NCBI RefSeq assembly: GCF_009914755.1
Contig: NC_060926.1
Length of the DNA stretch: 64,000 nt
Direction: 5' to 3' (one strand)
From: the human T2T-CHM13v2.0 reference genome, Homo sapiens
Shown: piece after piece, positions 27,017 through 40,277 of the stretch
Layout: each line of letters begins with the position of its first letter
How positions within the stretch are numbered: position 1 is the stretch's first letter
The notes under the pieces: generated by a model
Databases searched by the model: none
Seen by the model: only the letters and a program-made list of their open reading frames with translations
What the model was told of the DNA's origin: nothing
Program-made: the position numbers and the translations under genes

Positions 27017-28919
27017 TCTTCTCTTTTTTTTTTGACATATAATCTGTATGCATAGATGTCATCAGCACAGGGCACTGGCCATGTGTGCATCTGTCTGTAT
27101 GTGGAAGTATACAGCTCGCTGGATGCTGACAATCTGAATACACCCCAGGACCCAGCACTCAGAGCCAGCAGTGAAACATTGCCAGCCTCCTGTAGGCCCC
27201 TCGTACCAGCCACCACCCCTACTCCCACCCAGGGGAGCCACTATCCTGACTTGCTACAGTGCAGACACGTTTTGCATGTTCTCTGAAGTTTCTGTACATG
27301 GAATTGAACGGTAGGCACTCTTCCTGGTCTGGCTTCCCTCCCCGCAAGTCATGTTTCACGGTGCATTTGTGTGGAATGTAGTCAGAGTGTTCATGCCCGT
27401 TATTACCTATCATTGTGTGACTACACCACAATTCACATACCCACTTTATGTGGATGGGCGCTGGGGGGGCTTCAGGTCTGGGCTGTTATGAATAGGCTCT
27501 CTGAACGTTCTCATACATGTCTTTGTTCATTACACAAGGTGCGTGTCTGCCGGGTCTAGCCCCGGAGAGGGCTGCGGGATCACAGGGTGTGTTTGGCTCT
27601 AGCAGATACTGCCAGCAGTTTCCCAGAGTGTTGCATCTATGTATGGTCCCACCAGCAGCATGTGAGGACGGGCCCACAGTTAAAGGAACATAGGAAGGTG
27701 ACCGTCTCATGGGGACAGAAGTGAGCACAGCGTGAGGGCTGCCCCTTCCTCAAAGCCCAAGGGGTCCCCGAGAGCCTGGTCCCACACACTCTCCAAGGTA
27801 CTAGTATATCAGCCTCAGGTGAAAGCCTGCCCAAGGCCACAATTCCCACTCCTCTCCTCTCATCACAATAAGATACGGTTTTAGGTACAATTCTATAGAC
27901 ACAATGGCTTCCTTTCCACTGGGAGTAAAAGCCGAAGTCCTTCCACTGTTCTTCCAGGGCCCCCATCCTGTCCGTGTCCCTTGGTGCCTCTCTGACCTCT
28001 CCTCCCCGGGCCACTCCACTCCACTCCACCTGGGTCCCCTGCTCTGTGACCACATAAGGCAGGTGCCCACATGGTGGCTGACTGCCCTACTTAAGACACA
28101 GCCGGCACTCCTCCCCCACCTCCACCCAGTCCAGTGCAGGGTCCTCTCTGAACCCCCACTCCAATCACACAAGTCACGCTGCACCGAAATGAGTGGTTTA
28201 TGCATCTGTACTGACTTACAGCTACAAGCTCCCAAGGACAGGGACCCTCCCCCAACAGGCTCTCAGCAATGCCGAGCTGAGGATGTGCGGGCGTCGTTTC
28301 TCTTCCACTGCCACAGGTGTCTGTGGCATCCGCTCCTCTAGTTGTGGCCAAGCCTTTACTCTGTCACTGTGGATGAACTCTACTTGGTGACAAGGCTCAC
28401 TGCTCAGTTCACCTTTGCACTCCACAATACCTAGCTTGGGACTTCTGTCTGAGGGCCCATCAGGAAGGGCTCTGACACTTTCTAAAGAAGGAAGAGCCCC
28501 CTTTCTGTCTCACCTGTGGCCTCACCTCCAGCTCCCAGGTCGTGGCTCTGGAGCCAATGTGAGGAGCAGTATTTGGGTAGGAAAAGCATAAGGGGCCCTG
28601 CATCACCCTGCCGGGCTAAGGGGACTCTTCCTGGACAGACCAGAGCCCACCAACCCCCCGCAGGTGAGGAGATCTTGACCAAGTCACCCAGATGGTCCCC
28701 CTCAAGTCACACTCACTTGGGACCTTCTGGGGGCAGCATCACCTATGTCCAGCACTTGGCCCAGGGTTGGGGCACGTGAGCGAGCGAACCCACACTATCT
28801 CGGGTCTCCCAGCTGAAACGACAGCGCTGCCAGTGTTGACAGCAAGGCCTGGAAGGTGGCCAGCCTTGAAGTGTCTCCAAGATACTCATGGGCTTTAAAC
28901 ACAGTTCGGAGATGCTCAC

Positions 28920-29013
28920 CTGAGAAGCTGGCAAAGAGCCGGCAGAACTGCGAGAACCTGTTGCGGTGAAGCCACTGCTGGGCATCCTGGATCGAAGCTG
29001 ATGGGAGCAGGTG
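28920..29013 (-). CDS. TFCP2L1: TFCP2L1 exon 10 (94 nt), start of SAM-like domain: HLLPSASIQDAQQWLHRNRFSQFCRLFASFS(G)
   Basis: Inside ORF 28795..29094; acceptor cacag|CAC, donor G|gtgagc. Confidence 0.96.
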
Positions 29014-29098
29014 CTGTGAGCAGAGGGGAGAGGCCTTGAGATGGTGGCTCAGGGCCCACGAGGGACCACCAGCCAGAAAGCCCTGCTCAGACACTTAC

Positions 29099-29147
29099 GT
29101 CACTGCCCACGGGCAGGGCCTCCACCGGGTGGGTCGGAGAGGCGTTG
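29099..29147 (-). CDS. TFCP2L1: TFCP2L1 exon 9 (49 nt): NASPTHPVEALPVGSD
   Basis: Acceptor ttgcag|C AAC, donor GAC|gtaagt; restores frame between exons 8 and 10. Confidence 0.94.
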
Positions 29148-30854
29148 CTGCAAGGAAAAGGAACCAGTGATGAGGACAGAGGGGGCTCCCAGGGCAATGG
29201 CCACGGTCCCGGCACCCAGCCTGGCACTTTTACTTCCTATCAGATGCAGGATTTGTTCTAAGTGAAATGAGTCCTCAAGAATTTCCTGAGTCACAGAAAC
29301 ACAGCAGGAGCCAATGTCCAATCCCTCAAAATCCCTAACTGAGCCTTCATTGTAGACAGCAAGTTCTGATAGGCTACACTGCCCCAGTCAATGACACTCC
29401 TCTACCCTGAGTCACCGGCAACACATCCCAGGCCCCTGCTGGCTGACCCCTGCTGGTCTTGAACTTGGAGATTCAAAGCCCCAGCCCCAGGGAAAGGCAC
29501 GCTGACCAAGGGCACCCAGAGCCTTGGCACCTGAAGGCTACCACCAAACTCAAGGGTCCTCCACCAAACCCTTTGTCAGGTGGTGAGGGGAGAGGGCATA
29601 AGAATCCCACGGGGAGTTATTTTGCAGTGAACAAGCACCCGCAGCTTGACATCCATCCACGAGGAAAAGCACTGTTCTGTTCTCTCCCGAGAGGGGGTGC
29701 ACAAGCTTCCTCGGGGGCCAGGTTGGGGATGAGGCACAGACCTGAGCGCTCTCCAGGTGGACGGCGGTGAACGCTGCACAACAGTGTGAATGTACTTAAT
29801 GCCACCAGACTGCACACTTAAAAATGGTAAATTTTGTGTTATGTATATTTCTCCATAATGGGAAAAAGAGACCCTCGCAGGGCTGATCCCCAGACCGGTC
29901 ATCAGTGAAGACAGCCGCCACTTCTCGCCAAGTGTCTACAGGGTGCAAGCATCGTACACTTGTTCCTCCCGACCCTGTGTAGAATTCTTAACCCCCTTTT
30001 GTAGTAGAGAAACTGAGTCTCAGGGAGGTTAAGGGAGTTACCCCCAAAAAGGTACAGATTGAAGACTAGGTCTGCCTGAATCTAAACATGACACCATTTC
30101 TGTGTCTACCCCCGCTTCCCTGGGGACTCCTTGGTAAAATCAAGTTCACAGACAATCTCGCTTTCTTATTAGAAAAGTTCTGTCTGCCAAGCATGGGCTC
30201 TGACGAACCTGCAAGCAGAAAACAGGCAGCCTCCCACCCACTCTCCTGCCTCCACCCCTGCTGCCAGCACAGGGCATGCAGAGCCATCACGGTGACCCAT
30301 GGCCCCGTGCTGTGCAGCCCACAACACTCAGGAGAGTGACTGTCCTGTCACAGCATCCTCAGGGTCCATGTGGCCTGTGTGTCTGCAGAGCTGTGTGGGA
30401 CAGCAATGAAGCCAGTTTCTGTGTTGTAAGGCCTGAAACCCAAGGCAGAGAGGACCCTAGCCAGACCCTCTCACCCCCACACTCAGTGACCATGCTGGAC
30501 AAAGAACCAGGAAAGGCCCCCCAGACAGCTGCTCCCTAAGGCACCACTGTCAGGAGGGCCATTCTGCCCCAGAGGGCACCAGAGGCTGTCTTGGGTGGCT
30601 GACCGCATGCACCCTCAAGCCAGTCCTGGTTTCACCAGGTAAGTTCTGGGCCGCTGTCCCACCCGACAACGTTTACAGGGGTGTTTCTGAGCACTAAAAG
30701 TTGTGTAAATGCTGAAGACAGTTGTGACTGCAACACGAGTTAGCTACCCTGAAACCCAAACAGAAAGGAGAGGAGACCCAGAAAGGAAGACTAAGAAAGG
30801 AAAGTACACCTGCCTTCATTTCAGGGAACCCGAAGAAAGAGAGGTGGGACGTAC

Positions 30855-30946
30855 CCTTCGCCGAGGCCAAAGCTGTTTGGAGAACCATTGTAGCTTGGGG
30901 ACGGGGCGCTGTTCACCTGGTAGGCCACGTCGGGCCATGGAGAGCA
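30855..30946 (-). CDS. TFCP2L1: TFCP2L1 exon 8 (92 nt): CSPWPDVAYQVNSAPSPSYNGSPNSFGLGE(G)
   Basis: Inside ORF 30821..31042; acceptor gcag|TGC, donor GG|gtacgt. Confidence 0.96.
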
Positions 30947-32511
30947 CTGCAGGAGAGAGCACAGGGCGAGCTGGGATCTGGAGAGGCGCTGAGCCGTGCT
31001 CCCCAGGTCCTCCCAAGCAGGCATGCACTGACACCAATGCATGAGACCCCCACCTGTGAAACGCAGCCTGCGTTTACCCAGTGCCCACAGTGAGCCACGG
31101 CAAGGCAGGTTACGAGGGCCACATGAAGGAAACCAGCAGAAATGTTCAGTAAGTCACCCCTGGAGCAAGTGAAGTACCCAAGGGGTCTCTCTGGGCTTCC
31201 TAGCAGTAAAACCAGAGGGGAAACATCACAGTCATGTGATTCTTGGGTCCACGAGAGAGAAAAAACGAAACCAGCCAGTTGTTCACAAACAGCTTTTCCT
31301 GGGAGAGACAAATTCGTGTAAATGTCTGTTATAGGGAGTACTGGACCACAGGCAACTTCCAAACAAAAAAATAAGCAGTAAGAGTCAGTATTAAAACCTG
31401 TGCTATTTGAAAAAAGAATCTGCTGACAGGGGCGGAGGCTCTTGCACAATCACCAAAAGCAGCTCCTCTCGGTGAAATTTGATGGTGTTCATTCCATTTC
31501 AGGCATTCTGCTGGGGGCTAAGGGAGATCCACAAACATGAAAGATGTGATCCTTGCCCTCGAAAACATTCTACTATGGAAGCCAAACACAAATGCATGTG
31601 GAGTCTCCCAAAGGAAGCAAGGGTTTACAGGTTTTGTCTGCTGGAGAAAGTCTATCCAGCTGAAAAAGTTCATCTCTTCCCTTCCCTGCGATGATGCCTC
31701 TTCAGAGAGGGCCAATTTGAAGCATTCCCGAAGATTTACTATCACCCACCAAACTATAGTGTTGGTAAATATTTAAGTATTGTGAGTGTGGGCTCGAATT
31801 TGTTGGTGCTAAATCCTACAGCCCAAGGAGGAAAGCTGAACAGCTGATAGAAGTGGCAGCCGGTGCCTCCCAGGGTGGGCTTTCAACTACGCTGCACTGT
31901 GGCAAGGGCTTGGACAGACCTGGCATGTGGCTCACCAGGACCTCTCTTCCCAGGGGCAGTCAGCAGAGGAGCAGAGAGGTTGAGGCTGTTAGGGAGAGAA
32001 TGGTATCAGGAGGTGGGGAACACTCTGGGCAGTGGCACCAGCACAGGCATGAACCAGGTACGGGAAGAAACTGGTCTGGCCTCTAATCCATAAATGCAGT
32101 GCTTGCATCCTGCCACTCCTTTGCGGGCCGTGGGGGAGGCAGGTGACTGACCTTCAGTCAGATAAAATGCCAGTGCACATCTATCTGACCACAAAATTAG
32201 CTTTTACACTGTCTTCTTGCAAATACCCTCCTGCATGTCCACACACATACACACATACAGCTGCTCGTCAGCCAAGACCGGGCCACTGTTCTCTTAGACG
32301 CCTCAAGCCTCACCCCTAACAGCCTTAATCCCACCACGGCCGGCAGGGGCCTTACCACATGGAGGGCCTTCTGAGGAAGTCCAATTATTCAATGAACAAA
32401 CACCACCACCAATCAGTCAGCCTGACTGCAGAACACAGTGGGAAAGAGTTGCACAAAAATTCCCTGTAAAAAAGGAGGCACTAGCTGCAACTCGTAAAGG
32501 GAAGAGGAGGT

Positions 32512-32815
32512 TAGGTGCAGTGGCTCACGCCTGTAATCCCAGCACTTTGGGAGGCCGAGGTGGGCAGATCACTTGAGGTCAGGAGTTCAAGACCAGCCTG
32601 GCCAACATGGTGAAACCCCGTCTCTACTAAAAATACAAAAAAATGTGCTGGGCATGATGGCACATGCCTGTAATCCCAGGTACTGGGGGAGGCCGAGGCA
32701 GGAGAATCCCTTGAACCCAGGAGATGAAGGTTGCAGTGAGCCAAGACTGCACCACTGCACTCCAGCCTAGGCAACAGAGCGAGACTCAGTCTCAAAAAAC
32801 AAACAAAAAAAAAAG
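32512..32815 (+). mobile_element. AluS
   Basis: Full Alu; TSD aaagggaagagga. Confidence 0.94.
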
Positions 32816-33653
32816 GGAAGAGGAAGAGTGAGCTCCTCAGGAGTTCCCATGGACATATGGAGGGTTGGAGCAGGCTGGCATTGCTGTCAGGGTTAACAGA
32901 AAATGCAACCAGACAGCAAAATAACAAGTGCTGACACCCTCCAACCCCAGAGATCCCACTGAGAATGGAAACCTGCCAATTGCTTCCCATGTGCAGACCT
33001 TCACATGCACAGTTATTCACTGCACCACTGTCTGAAACTCCAAGAGCCCAGAAACAACCCCGCATCCACCAACAGGCCATCACACATGATGCCATGCAGC
33101 TGGGTAAGGAACTAGAAAGCTGTAGGCATCAGGCACCAAGATAAGCTAATAATGGAAAAAAGCAAGTTGTGTCTATGTACACTGTTGGTATATAAATGCA
33201 GGCATGGGGCAAACGTGTCTACACTGGCTTCACCTGCAGACAAAGTTGGGCCAGATACAGAAGGTTTCTGCCCTGGAGGGGAGAAACCATGAAGCTGGGA
33301 TGGCACTGGGAGGGATATTTTCTGTTGTACACTCTCTTGTACCTTTTGAATTCAAAACCATGTGAATACATTACCTACTCAAAAAAAAAAAAAAAAAAAA
33401 AAAGGGAACCTAATTTGGGAAAGCACAAATGCATTCAAAGGGAGCAGAGCTGGAAGTTATTTCTGAAATACCTCCCGGGCCACTGGGTCTTATCAGATGA
33501 ACACGAGCTCCAGACACTGGAACCCACCACAACAGAATAAGCACTCTCAGAAGTAGTCACCCGAGATGGGCGATTTTCCAAGAATCTAAACCAGCAGCCC
33601 TGCTCCTGGTGGAAGACCCTTGGAGGCTCTGTCCCCGCACCCAGCCGGCTCAC

Positions 33654-33764
33654 CTCTGTGAGGATGGTGGTTTCATAGGACGGCTGGTATTTCTCCTTCT
33701 CTTGGGCAGTTCTTTTCTCCATCTTCTCCCGGTCAGTCTTCTGTTTCCGATCGGCTCCCTTCGG
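33654..33764 (-). CDS. TFCP2L1: TFCP2L1 exon 7 (111 nt): [37 protein letters not shown]
   Basis: Inside ORF 33435..33788; acceptor cgcag|CCG, donor GAG|gtgagc. Confidence 0.97.
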
Positions 33765-34703
33765 CTGCGAGCAGAGTACAGAGTCCAATCAGCCCAAAAC
33801 CAACACAGGCAGCAGCCCCCAAGCCCTCTCCTGCTTCCCACCTCACCCAGGGCCCCAGGGCGCAGGGAGGAACTCAGGGGCAGGACAGCACCTATCTCCC
33901 CTCCCATTCTGCCTGAATGCTTCCCCACCTGAGGAACTCGGAACCTGCCACGGGTCATGCACTCTGCTGCTCAAGGGGAAAAGATTGTTTCCCATGGCCA
34001 CTCGCTTATGAAAAGGAAGCTTGGGGACCCACAAGGAATCCCAGTGCATTCCTTGGGTTACCCAGGGAGAGCAGAGGAAAGTGGAAGAAGTACAGGCTGC
34101 TGGTCTGGATTTAGTCTGTGCTTGCAACCTGAGAAATCCTGGCCATAAGCTGAAGGCCTCCTTACCCCCAACTCTCAGGACTCCCGCTAAGCCCCAGCTT
34201 ACACTCTGTCTGCAGGGGAACGTCTCCATCCAGAGAGAGAGCCTGACAATCATGGGTGCTTTGCAAACCGGGGCAACTTTCAAAGGGTGTACAGGCTTCA
34301 CAGCTATTATTATTCCCTTCATTTACAGAGTGGGAAACTGAGGCTCAAGGGGTTCATCAGGATGGGAGAGGATCCAAGTGAGAGTGGCCAAGTGTGCTGC
34401 ATCGCAGGCTGGCCCTGCAGGTACCACCATGGGGCGCCTTCTCGACCTTGCTATGTAGTCTCCTGAGCATGTGCATCTTATGACCTCATGCCTACTTGGC
34501 GAAGTCAGATGTAAAGACTCCGAGCAGCGCTAGAACCGAGCAGTTTTACTACCCACACAGCAGGCTACATGTGGTGGGCAGGTAATGAAAACAGTAGTTC
34601 AAGCTCAACGGCACCTTGAGGGATTTTCATTCCAGGGGGCACCTTTCTCAGGCTACAGCTTTCGGCTCCCAGATCAAGGGTTTTTAGGGAGCATCTCTTA
34701 CAG

Positions 34704-35263
34704 CAGTGGTCCTCAACCTCTGGGCCACAGACCGGTACCGGTCCCATGCCCTGTTAGGAACTGGGCCCCACAACAGAAGGTGAGCAGCAGGTGAGTGAGC
34801 GAAGCTTCATCTTCATCTTACTGTGAAGTAAATACTTCACAGTATTTACAGCTGCTCCCTACTGCTCACATTACCGTCTAAGCTCTGCCTCCCGTGTCAG
34901 ACCAGTGGCGGATTTAGATCCTCATAAGAGGGCAAAACCTTTTGTGAATTGCACATGCAAGGGATCCAGGCTGCGTGCTCCTTATGAGAATCTAATGCCT
35001 GATGATGGGTGACTGTCCTCCCCCCGCCACCTCTATATGAGACCATCTAGTTGCAGGAAAACAAGCTCAGGGCTCCCATTGACTCTGCATTATGATGAGT
35101 TGTATAATTATTTCATTATATATTACGATATAATAATAACAGAAATAAAGTGCACAACAAATGTAATGCACTGAATCATCCCGAAACCATCCCCCTCTCT
35201 TCCGTGGAAAAACGGTCTTCCACAGAACCAGTCCCTGGTGCCAAAAAGGTTGGGGCCCCGCTG
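34704..35263 (+). mobile_element. MER1A-like hAT-Charlie DNA transposon
   Basis: Terminal inverted repeats cagtggtcctcaacc ... ggttggggccccgctg; internal MER1 sequence. Confidence 0.88.
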
Positions 35264-36256
35264 CCTTGGAGTGATGCCTGCCCTGGATGAAGCAGGGTGG
35301 CAGAGGTCACACAGGGATGTGCGCAACAGATCCAGCGTCCCGGGTAAGAGTGTGGTGTGTGGCAGCCATACCCCCACGACCTGGCTTCCCTGCTCCACCT
35401 CCAGCTCCTGTCTCTCAGGAGACTCCTCCTCCCTGCACAGAGGGTACAAGCAAGGTGGGGTTACAGCCAGACCATGGCCGAGCCTGCATGCAGGGCACGC
35501 ACTGGGCCTTGATGAGGCCTGGAGGGAGCTGGTTGCTCAGACAGGAGCCCTGCCTTTCCCTTCAGAGACCCTGACACCCCACACACAGTCCCAGGGAGCG
35601 GCTCCAACAAGCCAGGCTTCCCAGTAACTGGGGTGACCGGCGAACGGAGGGGTGACAGGCAGCTTGGCTCGGCTCAGCCTGGCTTCTGCACATCAGCTGC
35701 ATCTCTTCTGTGAGTGGGGGCAGGCAGGTGGAAGGACACACCTCAGGCATTCTGAGGAGCCAGTTTTGGGTGACTAGGGGCCCTGCCACCCCTACTCCCT
35801 GCAGGAGATGCCAAGGCCTTCCTCAGGGCACTGAGACCACGCAGCTTCCAGCCCAACTCCCCAAGCAACGCCTGGCATGGGTTGAGGAGCCTGGTAGACA
35901 GAGCCCCCACTCCTAAGCTTCTGACCCAAGGTGTAGAAGCTCCCACCCATGGGGGTGGAGATGCCTACCTCAATTCTCTCCTACTGCCCAGCACAGCGTC
36001 TCCCCCAGGGCACACACCTTGAGAGCAGCAGAACTAACATGACATCCCTGGTGAGGGAGTGAACCACTGCCTGACGGGGGCCAAGGCTGGCAGAGCAGAG
36101 ACGCGGTCTGTACATGAGGGGAGGTGGTGGCCAGAGCGACAGTGAACCACAGACTAGGAGAAGACCACAGCACACAGCCATGCAGGTGTCCAGGACCGGC
36201 AGATCCCAGAGCAGGCAGAAATACCACAGGGCCGCCACGCCCACTGCTTGGTGGAC

Positions 36257-36740
36257 GTGGTCGGCAGAATAATGGTTCCCAAAGATGGCTGTTTGCTAAT
36301 CCCCAGAACCTGTGAATATGTCACCTAACATGGCAAATGGGGAATGGAGGTTTCAGATGGAATTAAGATTGCTACGCAACTGATGCAATAGGAAGACTAT
36401 CTGGGATTAACTGCTTGGCCCCGTGTAATCACAGCATCCTTACAAAAGGAAGAGGGAGGTAGACGAGGAGGTTGGGGCCGCCATGTGAGAAGGACTCAGC
36501 CTGCTCCTGCTGGCTTTGAAGACAAAGGAAGAACCATGAACCTAGGAATGGCTTTGGAAGCTGGAATAGGCAAGAGCCCCGCCCAGAGCCTCGGGAAAGG
36601 AACACAGGCCCGCTGACACCTTTAGCCCAGTGAGGACCATTTCAGACTTCTGACTGCCAGCACTGGAAGATAATAAATGCACAGAGTTTTTAGTCATAAA
36701 ATTTGTGGCCATTTGTGACAGCAGCAATAGGAAGCAAGCA
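36257..36740 (+). mobile_element. MLT1D/E-like solo LTR
   Basis: ggcagaataatgg..ccccagaacctgtgaatatgt..cagacttctgac..agcagcaatagg. Confidence 0.8.
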
Positions 36741-38113
36741 GAGTAGAGGAGCACAGCTCCCCTTGGAGGCCACTGCTCTGCCAGGAAAGACGAACACACA
36801 TCCCTCCAGCCACTTCTCCCTCCCACTTGGGGCCCACATCACTGACTAACCAAGGCGTCCCAAACCACGGAGCTGGGCCAGGGCCTCAGAACCCTGTGCC
36901 CACAACGGTCAGGCAGCCCGGCTGTGTGGTCTCCTGAGTGCAGACTCCATCAGCTCATCCTCGGCTTCCTCTACTGCAGCTGTGATGGTGCGTCCCCAGA
37001 TCACTGCCCAGTGCTCACTGTGGGCCAGGCTCTGTGAGAAATGGCACCATCCCTGTCTCCCAGGGTTGCCACCAAGTTTATGGTTCTACCTGTGGGCATT
37101 TATTCCCACATCCGTTCCAAGCATGGGTCTTCCACAGGCCCGTGCCTTCGGTCTGGGGGAAGATCAGCACACACCCAGCTTTCTAAAGGGCCCTGTCTAA
37201 AGCAACTCCCTCTTGGGTCTCCAGCCCCAGAAGATGGAACTTTCTCAGCAGGCTCCAAATTCACTTGAATGTGAAACAAGAGGAAGATGGAATGAGCACC
37301 AGGGCTGGTTACTCAAGGCAATTCCTGCCCAGGAGGTGGGTCCACTCCTTCTCTGCAAACACCTGCTAGAGCGGCCCCGGCAGACAGGGCCTACAGGGGC
37401 TGGGGACTGTGGGGCTGGGGCCTGCTTGGACATGGATTGCCCTCATGCCCTGAGAATGATGCAAGCTCATGCAACCCTCCACATCTCCCTGAGGCCACAC
37501 AGGACACTGAGCTCTATCGTTGGCTACTATCTTCAGGAAATAATCAGTCCAGATTGAAGAGATGGAAAATAGTGACAGGCGACTGTAGGGAATGAAGCAG
37601 GGGAAGAAAAGGGAGGTGAAATGAAAATGTTTCTCTAACAGGAAGCCATTGCAAAGAGAAAAATGGCTTCAAGCCCTCAACAGGAAGATCCGAGGCCAGG
37701 CCTCCAGCAGGGAGAGACTCTTGCTTTGATTTTTAAGGAGAATCCAGACGTGAGCACCTGTGGGCAACTGTAATGTGCTTGGGAGGAAAAAAAAGCTAAA
37801 ATGTGCAAATCCCAATCATTCTTATAGAGTAGCGCCGAGGACCGACAGCCAGGACAGACATCCATGCCGATGCTTCTGCCAGAAGCTGAGCGGGTGCCGC
37901 AGGTGAAAAGATGCCCCCAGCAGGGCAGCAGCAGCCTGTGGTGCCTGGACTTGAAGCTCGTGTGCATTAGAAGCCCAGGTAGAAGCCATGTGCTAAAGGG
38001 ATGCTGCGTTCCTCGCTGGGCCTGTAAGAGGAAACTCCAGGGTCTCTGTGGGCGAATGTGACCACAGGCCAGGCCAGCAGCAGGGCACGGCAGAGCCTGC
38101 GAAGCCATCCTAC

Positions 38114-38266
38114 CTTGAACACCTTGATCTGGCAGCTGGCTGAGTGCAGGTGCTCCGTGTACTCCCCATTCTCGTTCTGCTTAAACGTGTCAATCTGGAC
38201 TCGAAAGGGCACTCCCTTCTCGCCCCCGTGCTTCCTGGGGGTGAATTCTGTGCTGATGCAGTGTAC
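38114..38266 (-). CDS. TFCP2L1: TFCP2L1 exon 6 (153 nt): [51 protein letters not shown]
   Basis: Hallmark CP2/Grainyhead motifs ([26 protein letters not shown]); acceptor ccag|GTA, donor AAG|gtagga. Confidence 0.98.
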
Positions 38267-39459
38267 CTGGGAGGAGAAACGTTGGGCAGGTGGCAAGGAG
38301 GCACCAAGCAGGGTGGCCCTGGATCCCCCAAGCGCCCCCTCTATTGGAGGTGTCCTTCCCTGCTTGGTCAGTGCAGGCCTGCCTCGACCTCCCTGCTTTC
38401 CCTGACACTCTGTCCACTCCATCAGGCCGGTGGCCTCCCTGTTCCCCTGCCTGCAAAAGACATACACACCCCCACCTTTGTCTCTTTACTGTGGAGGCCC
38501 TGCCTGACCAGCTAAGTCCCCACCACTCCCCAGGCCACTGACCCCAATAACCTCAACCTAACTCCTCACCCAGATTCCTCTCCCTTGGCAAATCCTAGAC
38601 TGAGGGCAGGGACCACAGCACAGCCCTAACCCCTCTCTAATGTCCTGGTGTCCAGGCTACTCAGGCCAGGCTTAAAGGACAACCAGAAGGCTGGAACCAT
38701 TTCTGTACTTCTGGTAGGTTCCTACTACATAAATGGCACTCGATATCAATGTATTGTTATAATACTGCAATATTATAAGAATCCATACATAACTGTAATA
38801 ATAACAATGTAATAATTTTTAAACATATTAAGAGTATTGTAATTGTAAAAAAAAAAAAAGAGAAAGAAAAGATCGCTTTTATTGAGTGATTCCTAGGGAC
38901 CAGACAGTGCTAATGGCTCTGTATTCATTATCTGATTTGTAAGATGGGAGGTTAGAAAACTAAGAGGCTCAGAAAGGGGAGGAGACTTGCTCAAGGACAC
39001 ACAGCAAGCGAGAGAGCCAGGATCAAGCCAGAACCGCAACCACAATGCCACAGTCACATCCTTCACCACCTTGATCTCACATGGCATATAACACAAGGCT
39101 GGATCCACACCAGTGCTTGATAACAAAATAATTCATTCAACAATAGAAACTATAATAGAAAAAATGTTTACTTTCAAATGATTTCTGTTGGGAAATACTC
39201 ATTTATAAAAAGCTTATATATTCTACGGGCAAAACCCAGATAGAATTCTAAAACCCTCCCCACTCCTTTCCCTAAATATGGACCAATGAGCTCTGTGACT
39301 CTTTGCAACACTCATTCTCTCTCTCCTGCAGTTTCCTTCCCAGTGACAGGGAGCAGAAGCTCATCCAGACCCTCCCAGATGGGTTAGTTTTGAGAAACTG
39401 CACGCAGGCCACCCCAAAGACTAGGTCTTCCCCTGGAGGGCAAGCTCCCTGTGGCCCAC

Positions 39460-39566
39460 CTGAATGAATGCAGAAGCTCTCTTCGCAGGGTCCCACAAAA
39501 ACTCGACTGCATTCAGCTGGGTCGGGCTGGCCCTGGGGTCCAAGATACCAACAGACAGTGGAATAT
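39460..39566 (-). CDS. TFCP2L1: TFCP2L1 exon 5 (107 nt): (D)[35 protein letters not shown]
   Basis: Inside ORF 39421..39699; acceptor tgcag|AT, donor CAG|gtgggc. Confidence 0.97.
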
Positions 39567-40277
39567 CTGCATACACACACACACATACAGAAAGTGCAAT
39601 TGTCAGCCTCTCCCAAATATTTAGGGAAAGACCCCTGTTACAGGTCCTAATTCCTTCGCCCCAATTTGCAATGCCAAAAGCTCTGAAAAAGTTTTGCATA
39701 ACTTACTGGACGGAAAGCCTGACCTGAACCACAAGCGCTGTGTTGTCTTCACCCCGTTTTGTATGAACCGTCATTTTATTTTGCTACAGAAATATGACCG
39801 TGCTTGGCTGCCTGTTGGAGATGTTCCCTGATGCTCTGGGTACACACATCGTATTGTCATTCTAGCTTCTGAATTCCAAAACCCACCTGGCCACAAGGAT
39901 TATGGGTAAAGGACTGTGGGCCAGTCCCTGAGGCCCCAGAATTCCATTTCCATTGCCCATCTATCTCTGTGATGCTCACGGTTGTCTTCAACACTTATCA
40001 AAATCCTTTAAGGCACCATCCTTCCGCAAAGCCTTCCCTGAACTCCCTGTGAGCAGGTCTCTCAATTCCACAGACCTTTCTTTTCCACTGAAAAAGGGGA
40101 CTCCTCGAGGGCAGGACCCAGTGTATGGTCAGCTCTGCAAGCTCCCGCGGGGTTTTACACAGAGCAGGTGCAAGCTAAAACGCCTTCTCGGCATAGGTCC
40201 GGGTGGCATCCAGGAAGAACCCAATGTGGCCTGGGTGCCTCGAGCCTTGCCTGGCCTCTCCTGGCCAGGAGACTCAC

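Noticed and set aside
38058-38541. Overlapping + strand ORFs at exon 6 (likewise at exons 4, 5, 7, 8 and 11)
   Set aside because: Expected antisense open frames opposite GC-rich coding exons; no independent promoter or splice support.
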